Translations under genes and position numbers: made by a program
Part shown: in pieces, positions 56,785-64,000 of the stretch
Layout: each line of letters starts with the position of its first letter
How positions within the stretch are numbered: position 1 is the first letter of the stretch
IMG/VR virus record: IMGVR_UViG_3300046532_001629
Location: 5,779-69,778 of that record
DNA from: a virus
Length of the DNA: 64,000 nucleotides
Direction: 5' to 3' (one strand)
Notes under the pieces: generated by a model
Seen by the model: the letters and a program-made list of their open reading frames with translations, nothing else
Database searches by the model: none
Told to the model about the DNA's origin: nothing

Positions 56785-59026
56785 GAAAAACAATGGTGTC
56801 CACGAAGTGGGTACTACAGAAATTACAGCTGCATACAAAGGTGATACCCCAGGCCAGACGGTTGATGAGTATCTAAAACTTGCAGCTGCAAAAAATGTAG
56901 AGAAGAAGAAAGAAAGATCAAAGAATTTCTCTCAGGTTTTTGACAACCCTTTAAAAGGATTCCCTTACAATGAAGATTTCACTGTAAGAGATGTGAACGA
57001 AGAAGTCGAAGCATTCATGGAAGGCATGGATTTTTGGAAAGTCACAGTCACCAAGAGCATAAACAAATTAAAGAAAGGTCGAAGTGTAATAGTCAAGGCA
57101 CGTAACAGTTCAGAGGCACTAAAGAAAGGTGCAAAGAACATGGGTGACCCGAAAGCAAATATGAGTGGTTACATGGTTGCAGTCAAGGACACTAAGTTTC
57201 CGACCAATACCAGTGCAACTCAGGGTAAACGAATGGGTGAGTCTGATGAAATTGACGAATCTTCGGAAGCATGGGTTCTTGTTCAGAATCGTAAGATCAT
57301 TAAGAAGTTTAAAAGAAAACCCAGTAATAGTGCATTCACCTCTAGTGACAATCAAACTTTGATGACTGTTTCCAAGGCGGCTAAGATGGGTATTAAGGAA
57401 TCATTAGACGAAGAAAAGAAAGATTCTCCAAAAGAGTTCGAAAAGAAGGTTGTCCACACCATGATGATCATGAAGAAGTATCCTGCTAACAAAAATAAGT
57501 CTGATGCAGTATTGAGAAAAGGTGCTATCAAGTATCTTACTCAAAAACCACGAGGTGCTTCAGATGATTGGGACGAAGGTTTTGAGGAATCAACAAACGA
57601 AGCAAAGCAAGCTATAGTGTGGAAAGTTAAACCACCAAAGGGTCAGAAGAATATTCATCCTGATTCTAAATGGCCAGGAATGAAGCCAGGCGATATCCAA
57701 AAGATGAATGAGTCTATTAATTTAGAAGAAAAGTGGAGTATGGGTGACGGTAAACCACGAGGTGGGGCTAACATAGAAAATGTTCGTTTTTGGGATTTAC
57801 CAAAAGCATCATTGGAATACATCCAAAAAGATTCACAGAAAGCGATGAAGGCAAATCCTTCCAATAAGAAAAACACCGAGGGTAAAGGAAACTACGCTGA
57901 TCAAATCAATGATGCACAAACTGTTCTTATATGGAGAAAGAAGAACGGTATTAAGGAATCATTAGATGAAGAGAAGATCGTATACCAAGTTAAAGGTATT
58001 CAGAAACCCGAATCAGATGCATTCACAAGTGCAGCCAAGTTGATGAAGTTGAAAGTCAAGTTCACAAAAGGTAGTGGCGGTGTTACACTAGTACAACTGG
58101 ATGGAACTAAGTCACAACTAAGAAAACTTGATGGTGTTGTCCGAGGTAAGTCAACATACGGAGACCCATCTACTGCTGGACAAGGTTATCATTTCGATGA
58201 ATCATTCGTTATGGAATCTGCAATCCAACAAGGCATCTTCCTAGACGAAGGGAAAATGGGTGACCTATTCCTAGACATTCAACAAGGTATGACAGCAAAA
58301 GACATTGCAAAAAACTATCCAGTTTCACTTGCACAAGCAAAAGAATTTTTAAAAGACTATTACAGTCAAAAACCGAAGAGAAGAACCGAATCGGTAGAAG
58401 GAGACACTATGGATAATATAGAAGAAGTACTCAGTGAAGGTAAGAACCTAATACCTGATTTTCAAGAAATCGTTAACACTAAGGGTGCAAAGAAAATCGG
58501 TGGAATCATGGTTGACATGTTCACTGCAAGTGTTATCACTCAAGCATACGAAAAGGTGAGTGACAAGAATAAAGCACAAATGGAAAATTCCGATGTGAAA
58601 AAACTTGTTGGTCTTGCACAACGTATTATGGGTATGAAAGAAGGTTCAGAATACAAGGCAGTCGCTAACCCAACAGATGCAACTTCTCTAAAAGGTGCAG
58701 ATGGTAAGAAGTTATACGATACTGCTGTAGGAAAAGGAATCAAAGAAGAGTCTCAGAACTTAAATGAAAAACCTAATATGGACGGTCAAAAATTGACTGG
58801 ACAAGAGATTTCTGTATACTTCAGAAAGAACAAAGTCACTGATGAATTTGCAAAACTAGCAGTAAAAATTGCACTCGATCATGGTGGTGCTATGAGTTTT
58901 GCAATCAAGAAGATTGAAAAACTTAAGAAGGGTCTTTCAAAGCATAAAGATGTTAAGAAAGCACTAGACCATGCAAACTTTGGTGAGAATACCTTACCTA
59001 AGATTGGGATTAAGTTCAAAGACTAA
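56771..59026 (+). CDS. Large modular late protein (candidate internal-head polyprotein)
   Basis: About ten basic modules separated by E-S-x(1-3)-hydrophobic-x-E linkers. Confidence 0.75.
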   Translation: MSGNKKNNGVHEVGTTEITAAYKGDTPGQTVDEYLKLAAAKNVEKKKERSKNFSQVFDNPLKGFPYNEDFTVRDVNEEVEAFMEGMDFWKVTVTKSINKLKKGRSVIVKARNSSEALKKGAKNMGDPKANMSGYMVAVKDTKFPTNTSATQGKRMGESDEIDESSEAWVLVQNRKIIKKFKRKPSNSAFTSSDNQTLMTVSKAAKMGIKESLDEEKKDSPKEFEKKVVHTMMIMKKYPANKNKSDAVLRKGAIKYLTQKPRGASDDWDEGFEESTNEAKQAIVWKVKPPKGQKNIHPDSKWPGMKPGDIQKMNESINLEEKWSMGDGKPRGGANIENVRFWDLPKASLEYIQKDSQKAMKANPSNKKNTEGKGNYADQINDAQTVLIWRKKNGIKESLDEEKIVYQVKGIQKPESDAFTSAAKLMKLKVKFTKGSGGVTLVQLDGTKSQLRKLDGVVRGKSTYGDPSTAGQGYHFDESFVMESAIQQGIFLDEGKMGDLFLDIQQGMTAKDIAKNYPVSLAQAKEFLKDYYSQKPKRRTESVEGDTMDNIEEVLSEGKNLIPDFQEIVNTKGAKKIGGIMVDMFTASVITQAYEKVSDKNKAQMENSDVKKLVGLAQRIMGMKEGSEYKAVANPTDATSLKGADGKKLYDTAVGKGIKEESQNLNEKPNMDGQKLTGQEISVYFRKNKVTDEFAKLAVKIALDHGGAMSFAIKKIEKLKKGLSKHKDVKKALDHANFGENTLPKIGIKFKD
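57389..57977 (+). repeat. 31-nt direct repeat at two polyprotein linkers (57389-57419 and 57947-57977)
   Basis: GGTATTAAGGAATCATTAGA(C/T)GAAGA(A/G)AAGA, encoding GIKESLDEEK. Confidence 0.9.
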
Positions 59027-59066
59027 CTCTTCCTTACCCCCTAAATACATTGGTAGGAGATATATT

Positions 59067-59276
59067 ATGGCAGACAGGCAATTATACCACACATATAAAA
59101 ACGATAGTGGTAGGTATGCAAAAGTATTTAAAACCGATAAAGGGTTTGAAGTAGATTTGCACGAACACAATGATTGGTTAGCAACACGGAAGTGTCACGG
59201 CCATTCAGAAATATATGCTGAAAATCTTGGTGAAAACTGGGTTCTAGGAATATTTGATCAAACTGAGGGAGAATAA
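59067..59276 (+). CDS. Small hypothetical protein
   Basis: CTAAATA, SD AGGAG; HSEIYAENLGENWVLG. Confidence 0.75.
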   Translation: MADRQLYHTYKNDSGRYAKVFKTDKGFEVDLHEHNDWLATRKCHGHSEIYAENLGENWVLGIFDQTEGE

Positions 59277-59307
59277 GTTCGGGAATCCGAATTATATAAA
59301 TAAACAT

Positions 59308-59640
59308 ATGAGTTTTAAATCAGAAAATTGGAAAGAGATACTCGAACAAGTTCGTACAGGACTTAAAGAGCAACCTATCGTTGAGAAAACAGACGATGAA
59401 TTGCTATCAGACGAGATCGATTCCTTACTAGAAGGATTCACTGAAGAAGTCGTTGAGGCATCTCCTGAAGAAGTCTTATCTGCACTTGAAGAAGTCGTTG
59501 CAGAAGATGAAGCAATTCAAACAGTACAAAAACTAACAGAAAAAAACATGCTTGGTAGACTTGCAAAGTCTATGGAGCTCACTGAAGATAACAAACAAAA
59601 ATTGTTTGATTACTTCGATAAAGGAGAATTGGAACAATGA
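59308..59640 (+). CDS. Acidic late protein
   Basis: TATAAATA 5 nt before ATG; several LxE motifs. Confidence 0.7.
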   Translation: MSFKSENWKEILEQVRTGLKEQPIVEKTDDELLSDEIDSLLEGFTEEVVEASPEEVLSALEEVVAEDEAIQTVQKLTEKNMLGRLAKSMELTEDNKQKLFDYFDKGELEQ

Positions 59641-60050
59641 TAAACAAAGCATTTAACGGATATGGACTCGGACTATCAGACTCATTAGTAGAGGCGTCTA
59701 AGAAAGTTGTGGAGTCATCCGCTGCATATAAGAAGTTCTTTGATAGTGTATTAAAGAAATTTGGTGTTACATCTCCAGCAGAACTTGATGGTGCTAAGAA
59801 GAAAGAATTCTTTGCATACGTAGAAGACAACTGGAACAGTGAAGACGAAGAAGGTAAAGACGGTAAGAAAGAAGAAGTCAAAGAAGGTGAATTACCCCCA
59901 GCACTAAAGAAGGCAATTGCTAAGAAGAAAGGTGAAGACGATTCAGAAGACAAAGAAGAAGTCAAAGAAGGTGAATTACCACCTGCTCTTCAAAAAGCAA
60001 TAGACAAGAAGAAGGGCAAAGAAGACGACTCTGAAGATAAAGAAGACTAG
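59637..60050 (+). CDS. Charged late protein with tandem repeat
   Basis: YKKFFDSVLKKFGVTSPAEL; two KEEVKEGELPPAL repeats. Confidence 0.75.
   Translation: MINKAFNGYGLGLSDSLVEASKKVVESSAAYKKFFDSVLKKFGVTSPAELDGAKKKEFFAYVEDNWNSEDEEGKDGKKEEVKEGELPPALKKAIAKKKGEDDSEDKEEVKEGELPPALQKAIDKKKGKEDDSEDKED
59868..60041 (+). repeat. Tandem repeat, 84-nt period, two copies
   Basis: AAAGAAGAAGTCAAAGAAGGTGAATTACC at 59868 and 59952. Confidence 0.9.
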
Positions 60051-60055
60051 TCCTA

Positions 60056-60604
60056 ATGGATAGAGTAGACGCTAGATACAGAGTCTTCAAAGAGAAATTG
60101 AAGAGACTTGGGTACATCAAAGATGAAGCCAAGAAGATCAACAAGGTTATGACCGAGAAACGGGCAGACTTTGGAATGATGTCTGATGCTGGTAACAAAA
60201 AGATTGCTCGTGCAGTCGCAAAGGCAAAGACTGAAGAAGAATTACGGTCTATGTTAGATAAGATATCTAAGATGGCTGGTGGTAAATATGCCGAAGCAAG
60301 TGAAGAAGATGTAGTCAATAGTGCAGTAGCTGCCCTATCATCTACAGCAAGGGGAATGCAATTACGTCCCGATGCAAATGTCTTAACACAACTTGCAAGT
60401 ATAGATGACACAAAAAAGGATACGGAAGTAAGAACGGATGATATGGAGAAGCTTAAGATTAAGCACCAAGATGCATCTAAAGTTTACACAGTATTAATGA
60501 GTCTTAAGACCCCAGTACGGTCTAAATACTTAGGATTATTACAAAAGGATATAAAGTCCTTCAAAAAAACATTTGATGCGATACTAAAAGTCGCAAACAG
60601 ATAA
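60056..60604 (+). CDS. Hypothetical late protein
   Basis: Basic ORF in the late operon; VMTE linker before RADFGMMSDAGNKKIARAV. Confidence 0.7.
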   Translation: MDRVDARYRVFKEKLKRLGYIKDEAKKINKVMTEKRADFGMMSDAGNKKIARAVAKAKTEEELRSMLDKISKMAGGKYAEASEEDVVNSAVAALSSTARGMQLRPDANVLTQLASIDDTKKDTEVRTDDMEKLKIKHQDASKVYTVLMSLKTPVRSKYLGLLQKDIKSFKKTFDAILKVANR

Positions 60605-60618
60605 ACAGGAGAAAGAAA

Positions 60619-61185
60619 ATGGCATTATGGGGACACACTTCAGGAACAGAATCTAAACCAAATTGGTTATCTGATGCTGAGAAAACAAGAACACAAGCAA
60701 AACCACACGGATGGGAATTAGCAACAACAGTAGGTTCTAGAGTTAGAACTGAAACACTTGTTGCAATGAAAAACTTCACCGTTGCACTTGGTGCTGCTGA
60801 CATTACTGATATCGATTGGATTTCAACTGCACATGGAGTTGCAGCTGGTTCAACACTATCTGCAAAAGTTATATTCAACGAAGCAGTTGACGTAACAGGA
60901 AGTCCTACACTTTCAGTACTTAACGGTAATGAAGGAGCAGGAACAGGTAGAGGCCCACACTCATTAGTATATGCTAGTGGAACTGGTACTAACGAACTTA
61001 CATTTAGTCTAGTAGTAGCAGCTGCTTCGGCAACTATAGCTGATGCAGATGTACTTACAGTCGGTGTTAACCCTGTTGCATTAAGTGGTGGTACTATTAA
61101 AGATGCTGGAACAGCAACTGTATCAACAATCACTTCTGTAGTCGGAATTGGAACTACAGCTGGTTCAATTACAGTAGTCGCATAA
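60619..61185 (+). CDS. Virion structural protein, Ig-like beta-rich
   Basis: MALWG, ETLVAM, FNEAVDVTGSPTL and YASGTGTNELTF. Confidence 0.7.
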   Translation: MALWGHTSGTESKPNWLSDAEKTRTQAKPHGWELATTVGSRVRTETLVAMKNFTVALGAADITDIDWISTAHGVAAGSTLSAKVIFNEAVDVTGSPTLSVLNGNEGAGTGRGPHSLVYASGTGTNELTFSLVVAAASATIADADVLTVGVNPVALSGGTIKDAGTATVSTITSVVGIGTTAGSITVVA

Positions 61186-61189
61186 TCGG

Positions 61190-61453
61190 ATGAAAATTAA
61201 ATTATTAGGTTCAGAAGCTGCATGTGCAACCTCAACTACCAATGGCTCTAACTTCGGATTAACTTCTGCAGTTAGAGTTCATAATAGTGGTGCTACTGCA
61301 AGATTAGTAACTGTCGAGACGGCTGCAAACGTAACAATCGGAACATTTACACTAGGTGTAGGTTCAAGTGAAGTAGTTAACAAGAACCCTACAGACGAAG
61401 TATTCGCTGCACATGCAGAAGTACTTGGTGTAGGTGTTGCACAAATAGGATAA
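61190..61453 (+). CDS. Small beta-rich structural protein
   Basis: Thr/Ala/Val-rich; follows the previous ORF. Confidence 0.65.
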   Translation: MKIKLLGSEAACATSTTNGSNFGLTSAVRVHNSGATARLVTVETAANVTIGTFTLGVGSSEVVNKNPTDEVFAAHAEVLGVGVAQIG

Positions 61454-61457
61454 GAAT

Positions 61458-61868
61458 ATGAAAACATTTAAAAGTTTTATAACAGAATCAGGATTAATTT
61501 CAGAGCAATCAGCATATGATATTACTGATTCAGTTATCAAGTCAAGAGTCAATGCCGTTCTAGGTCATTGTGCTACTACAGAGTATTTGAATCCTGAAGC
61601 TGCATTCAATCAAATGGAAGCAAAATTACTTCAAATTGGATTGTCAAGAGTAGTTGCAGAAGCTGATGCAAACCGTGAAATGGAATCAGTTGTTGATTTC
61701 TCAGAAGGTGGAACACATTCTATATCTTTCGTCAGAAACGAATCATTCGGTAAGACAGTAGATACCCCACATGATGAGTTTGACAAGAGTGCAGAGTCGT
61801 ACACACTATCTCTAAAGATAGAGAAGTTAGAAACAGGAAGTTTTAAAGTCTACGGTTCACTTGTCTAA
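61458..61868 (+). CDS. Protein with MKTF N-terminus
   Basis: MKTFKSFITES-GLISE. Confidence 0.7.
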   Translation: MKTFKSFITESGLISEQSAYDITDSVIKSRVNAVLGHCATTEYLNPEAAFNQMEAKLLQIGLSRVVAEADANREMESVVDFSEGGTHSISFVRNESFGKTVDTPHDEFDKSAESYTLSLKIEKLETGSFKVYGSLV

Positions 61869-61901
61869 ATAAAAGACAAACACATTACATTATGATATAT
61901 T

Positions 61902-62273
61902 ATGGGTCTATTTGACAAAATAACTATTAAGAATTTTAATGCATTCGCATTACAAAACTACGATGACCCTCAATGTGAAGACATTGAGGATTTTTATGAA
62001 GACCTTCGTAGATTCCGATATCTCAAACGACTTCTCTTCAGATACCACGAAAGTGGAGAACTGAGAGAACGTCTTATGTTAAACCACGTTATAACCATTC
62101 TCAATGTATTCGGATTCGAAGCATCCATGAGAATGTTAAGATTTAAGATAAAGGACGATGTATATTGGGCATCTATTAAGACGATGTTATTGTATCTAGG
62201 TTACATTACACTAGACTTTGATACTCAAATCCCAGTGGACGATCACCTTACACAGAAACTTACAGAATTATAA
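61902..62273 (+). CDS. Conserved T4-like hypothetical protein
   Basis: NYDDPQC, FYEDLRRFRYLKRLL and ERLMLNH...NVFG. Confidence 0.8.
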   Translation: MGLFDKITIKNFNAFALQNYDDPQCEDIEDFYEDLRRFRYLKRLLFRYHESGELRERLMLNHVITILNVFGFEASMRMLRFKIKDDVYWASIKTMLLYLGYITLDFDTQIPVDDHLTQKLTEL

Positions 62274-62278
62274 AACAT

Positions 62279-62354
62279 GCCCGTATAGCTCAGTTGGTAG
62301 AGCACTTCACTTGTAATGAAGATGTCACGAGTTCGACTCTTGTTGCGGGCTCCA
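62279..62354 (+). tRNA. tRNA-Thr(TGT)
   Basis: Acceptor GCCCGTA/TGCGGGC, anticodon stem CTTCA/TGAAG with loop CTTGTAA, TTCGACT T-loop, encoded CCA. Confidence 0.96.
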
Positions 62355-62393
62355 TTTCTTAACTTAGAGGTTTAAAACAACCTAAATAACTAT

Positions 62394-62957
62394 ATGTCCC
62401 GAATCATTGATACACTTATAGTCTTCCGAACACTCAAGATGCTCACTACCAAGTGGACAGATTTTGATGCATATAAATTGGGCATCATAGATAAGAAGGG
62501 TGCAAGACTTTATGATAGAGAGGTAGAGACTTCAGAAGATAAACAGTCCTACACCTTACTACATAGACTAGTGTTCAACCTAAAACGAATCATACAAAAG
62601 GTTCCATTCGGAAAATCTGCATTTGCATCCTATGCCATTGCATTGTTGTTACTGAAAGAAGAGACTAAGATAAACGAAGATCAGATGGAAGAGTTGTGTG
62701 AGAAGTTCTACAGACACCTCAAAGACAATGATCTAGTATTCATGGAACAACTAACTGAAGCTGCAGATGTCCCCTCAGTAGAAACTAACAAGACATATAG
62801 ACTTCGAAGACCCCTAAAAGAACAAAACGAAACTGTCTATCCCGAGAAAATGCTTATAAATATACATGAGGAACATTCTAATATATTTGGAATGCTCGTA
62901 TACATAGGATATATCGGAGAAGATAGGGTACTGGTGACTGGCGATGACATATACTAA
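62394..62957 (+). CDS. Conserved T4-like late hypothetical protein
   Basis: AYKLGIIDKKG, HRLVFNLKRI and SYAIALLLLKE. Confidence 0.8.
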   Translation: MSRIIDTLIVFRTLKMLTTKWTDFDAYKLGIIDKKGARLYDREVETSEDKQSYTLLHRLVFNLKRIIQKVPFGKSAFASYAIALLLLKEETKINEDQMEELCEKFYRHLKDNDLVFMEQLTEAADVPSVETNKTYRLRRPLKEQNETVYPEKMLINIHEEHSNIFGMLVYIGYIGEDRVLVTGDDIY

Positions 62958-63126
62958 AAAACAACAAATCTATGCAAATCTCAAGATGTGGGAAGATGCA
63001 CCTATGAACGCAACAGGTAGTGCGACATCTACCCATGAGCCTATTGTCAAGAAGAAGAAGAAAGGGAAGGACGTTTACGAACCTTCTCAGATTTTCGACT
63101 TGATCAAAAGAAACTCTAACGTATAA
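62944..63126 (+). CDS. Small protein with EDAPMNATG motif
   Basis: Overlapping ORF; WEDAPMNATG echoes gp23 EAAPLNATG. Confidence 0.6.
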   Translation: MTYTKKQQIYANLKMWEDAPMNATGSATSTHEPIVKKKKKGKDVYEPSQIFDLIKRNSNV

Positions 63127-63129
63127 TTT

Positions 63130-63954
63130 ATGAACTTTTTGAATTACCTGGCCCTGGCCACCTCAATCTCAATTGCATTTATAGCTGCATATTTCTCAGT
63201 TATTGGTCTTGCAACCATATTTGCAGGAGCATACATAGAAGTGGTTGTCATGACAGGGGTACTAGAGTTCGGTAAACTCGTAACGGCTGCATACTTACAC
63301 TTGTTTTGGGATAAGATCAAGTGGCAGAAGTGGTATCTAGTTACTAGTGTTGTAGTGTTAATGTTAATTACATCATTGGGTATCTTTGGATTCCTATCAA
63401 AAGCAAACATCGAACAGACACTACAGGGTGACTCATTCTCACTAGAGTTATCAATCATAGAGAAACGAATTTCAAGTGAGGAGAGTAAACTAGAACGTCT
63501 AGAGAATAGACTGATCGGCCTCGACACTATCATCAACACTGCACAACCCAAAGACCGTAACTACATTGATCGTAGACAAAAGGAAGAAAGGGGGTTGATA
63601 GCAATCGACATGGATGGTATAATAGATCAAGTGGTTAAATACAATGAAGAGATGATGCCACTCAAAAGGGAACAACTCATGCAAGAAGGTGAGATCGGCC
63701 CCATTAAATATGTTGCAGAGGTAATCTATGGACAAGATAGAGCAACCGAGTACCTCGACAACGCAGTAAGGTGGGTGATATTTGCACTTATCTTTGTATT
63801 CGACCCTCTTGCAGTTCTACTACTGATAACCAGTGTAGGTCTTATAGGGACTAGAAAAGAAGAGATAGAAGATAAGAAACCACCTGTTATTGAACAAAGA
63901 TATGTTCTGCAAGTCCCTAAAAGTCGTGTTAGAAACATGGAAGAACCTAAATAA
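63130..63954 (+). CDS. Multi-pass membrane protein with coiled coil
   Basis: AAYFSVIGL, LEFGKLV, ITSLGIFGFLSKA, GPIKYVAE and VFDPLAVLL. Confidence 0.8.
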   Translation: MNFLNYLALATSISIAFIAAYFSVIGLATIFAGAYIEVVVMTGVLEFGKLVTAAYLHLFWDKIKWQKWYLVTSVVVLMLITSLGIFGFLSKANIEQTLQGDSFSLELSIIEKRISSEESKLERLENRLIGLDTIINTAQPKDRNYIDRRQKEERGLIAIDMDGIIDQVVKYNEEMMPLKREQLMQEGEIGPIKYVAEVIYGQDRATEYLDNAVRWVIFALIFVFDPLAVLLLITSVGLIGTRKEEIEDKKPPVIEQRYVLQVPKSRVRNMEEPK

Positions 63955-64000
63955 TAAGTAATTTTATAAACCCCAATTGGAGAACAAAATGGCAGACGGA

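Noticed and set aside
2194-63938. Numerous minus-strand and alternate-frame ORFs in the track
   Set aside because: They lie within well-supported plus-strand genes, lack SD or promoters and read as antisense shadows; only 11625-12071 and 12068-12163 are supported on the minus strand
63989-64000. Start of a further gene (ATG GCA GAC GGA after GGAG)
   Set aside because: Only four codons are inside the window; it cannot be identified

Overview
A 64-kb, almost entirely plus-strand segment of a T4-like (Tevenvirinae-type gene order) myophage genome, AT-rich and probably infecting a marine proteobacterium (host is inference only). From left to right: neck/tail/packaging/head genes (gp14-gp23), gp3, uvsY, uvsW, gp55, gp47/46, peptide deformylase, tRNA-Arg, an early region with repeated sigma70 promoters (vWA-peptidase plus MoxR/CobS ATPase), gp45/44/62/regA, a curli-like cluster (CsgF, CsgG, two curlin-like proteins, FecR, IscU, CHASE2-cyclase), hsp20, peroxiredoxin, a DNA hypermodification cluster (C5-MTase, TET/JBP dioxygenase, epimerase, glycosyltransferase, SAM-dependent transferase), lysozyme, gp43, uvsX, gp41, and a late block of candidate head-packaged proteins followed by tRNA-Thr. 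Main leads: (1) modular polyproteins whose short basic modules are separated by gp21-type cleavage linkers, plus several proteins with an MKTF/MKSF capsid-targeting-like N-terminus; (2) a restriction-site avoidance pattern (GGWCC, CCWGG, CCGG, CCAGA) that is relaxed wherever a GpC overlaps the site, pointing to GpC-targeted cytosine hypermodification; (3) exact promoter-to-ATG spacing indicating many leaderless mRNAs; (4) a probable AUU start for gp47, a ROSE-like thermometer on hsp20 and an overprinted secreted-protein gene. All calls come from reading the sequence by eye; no searches were run.
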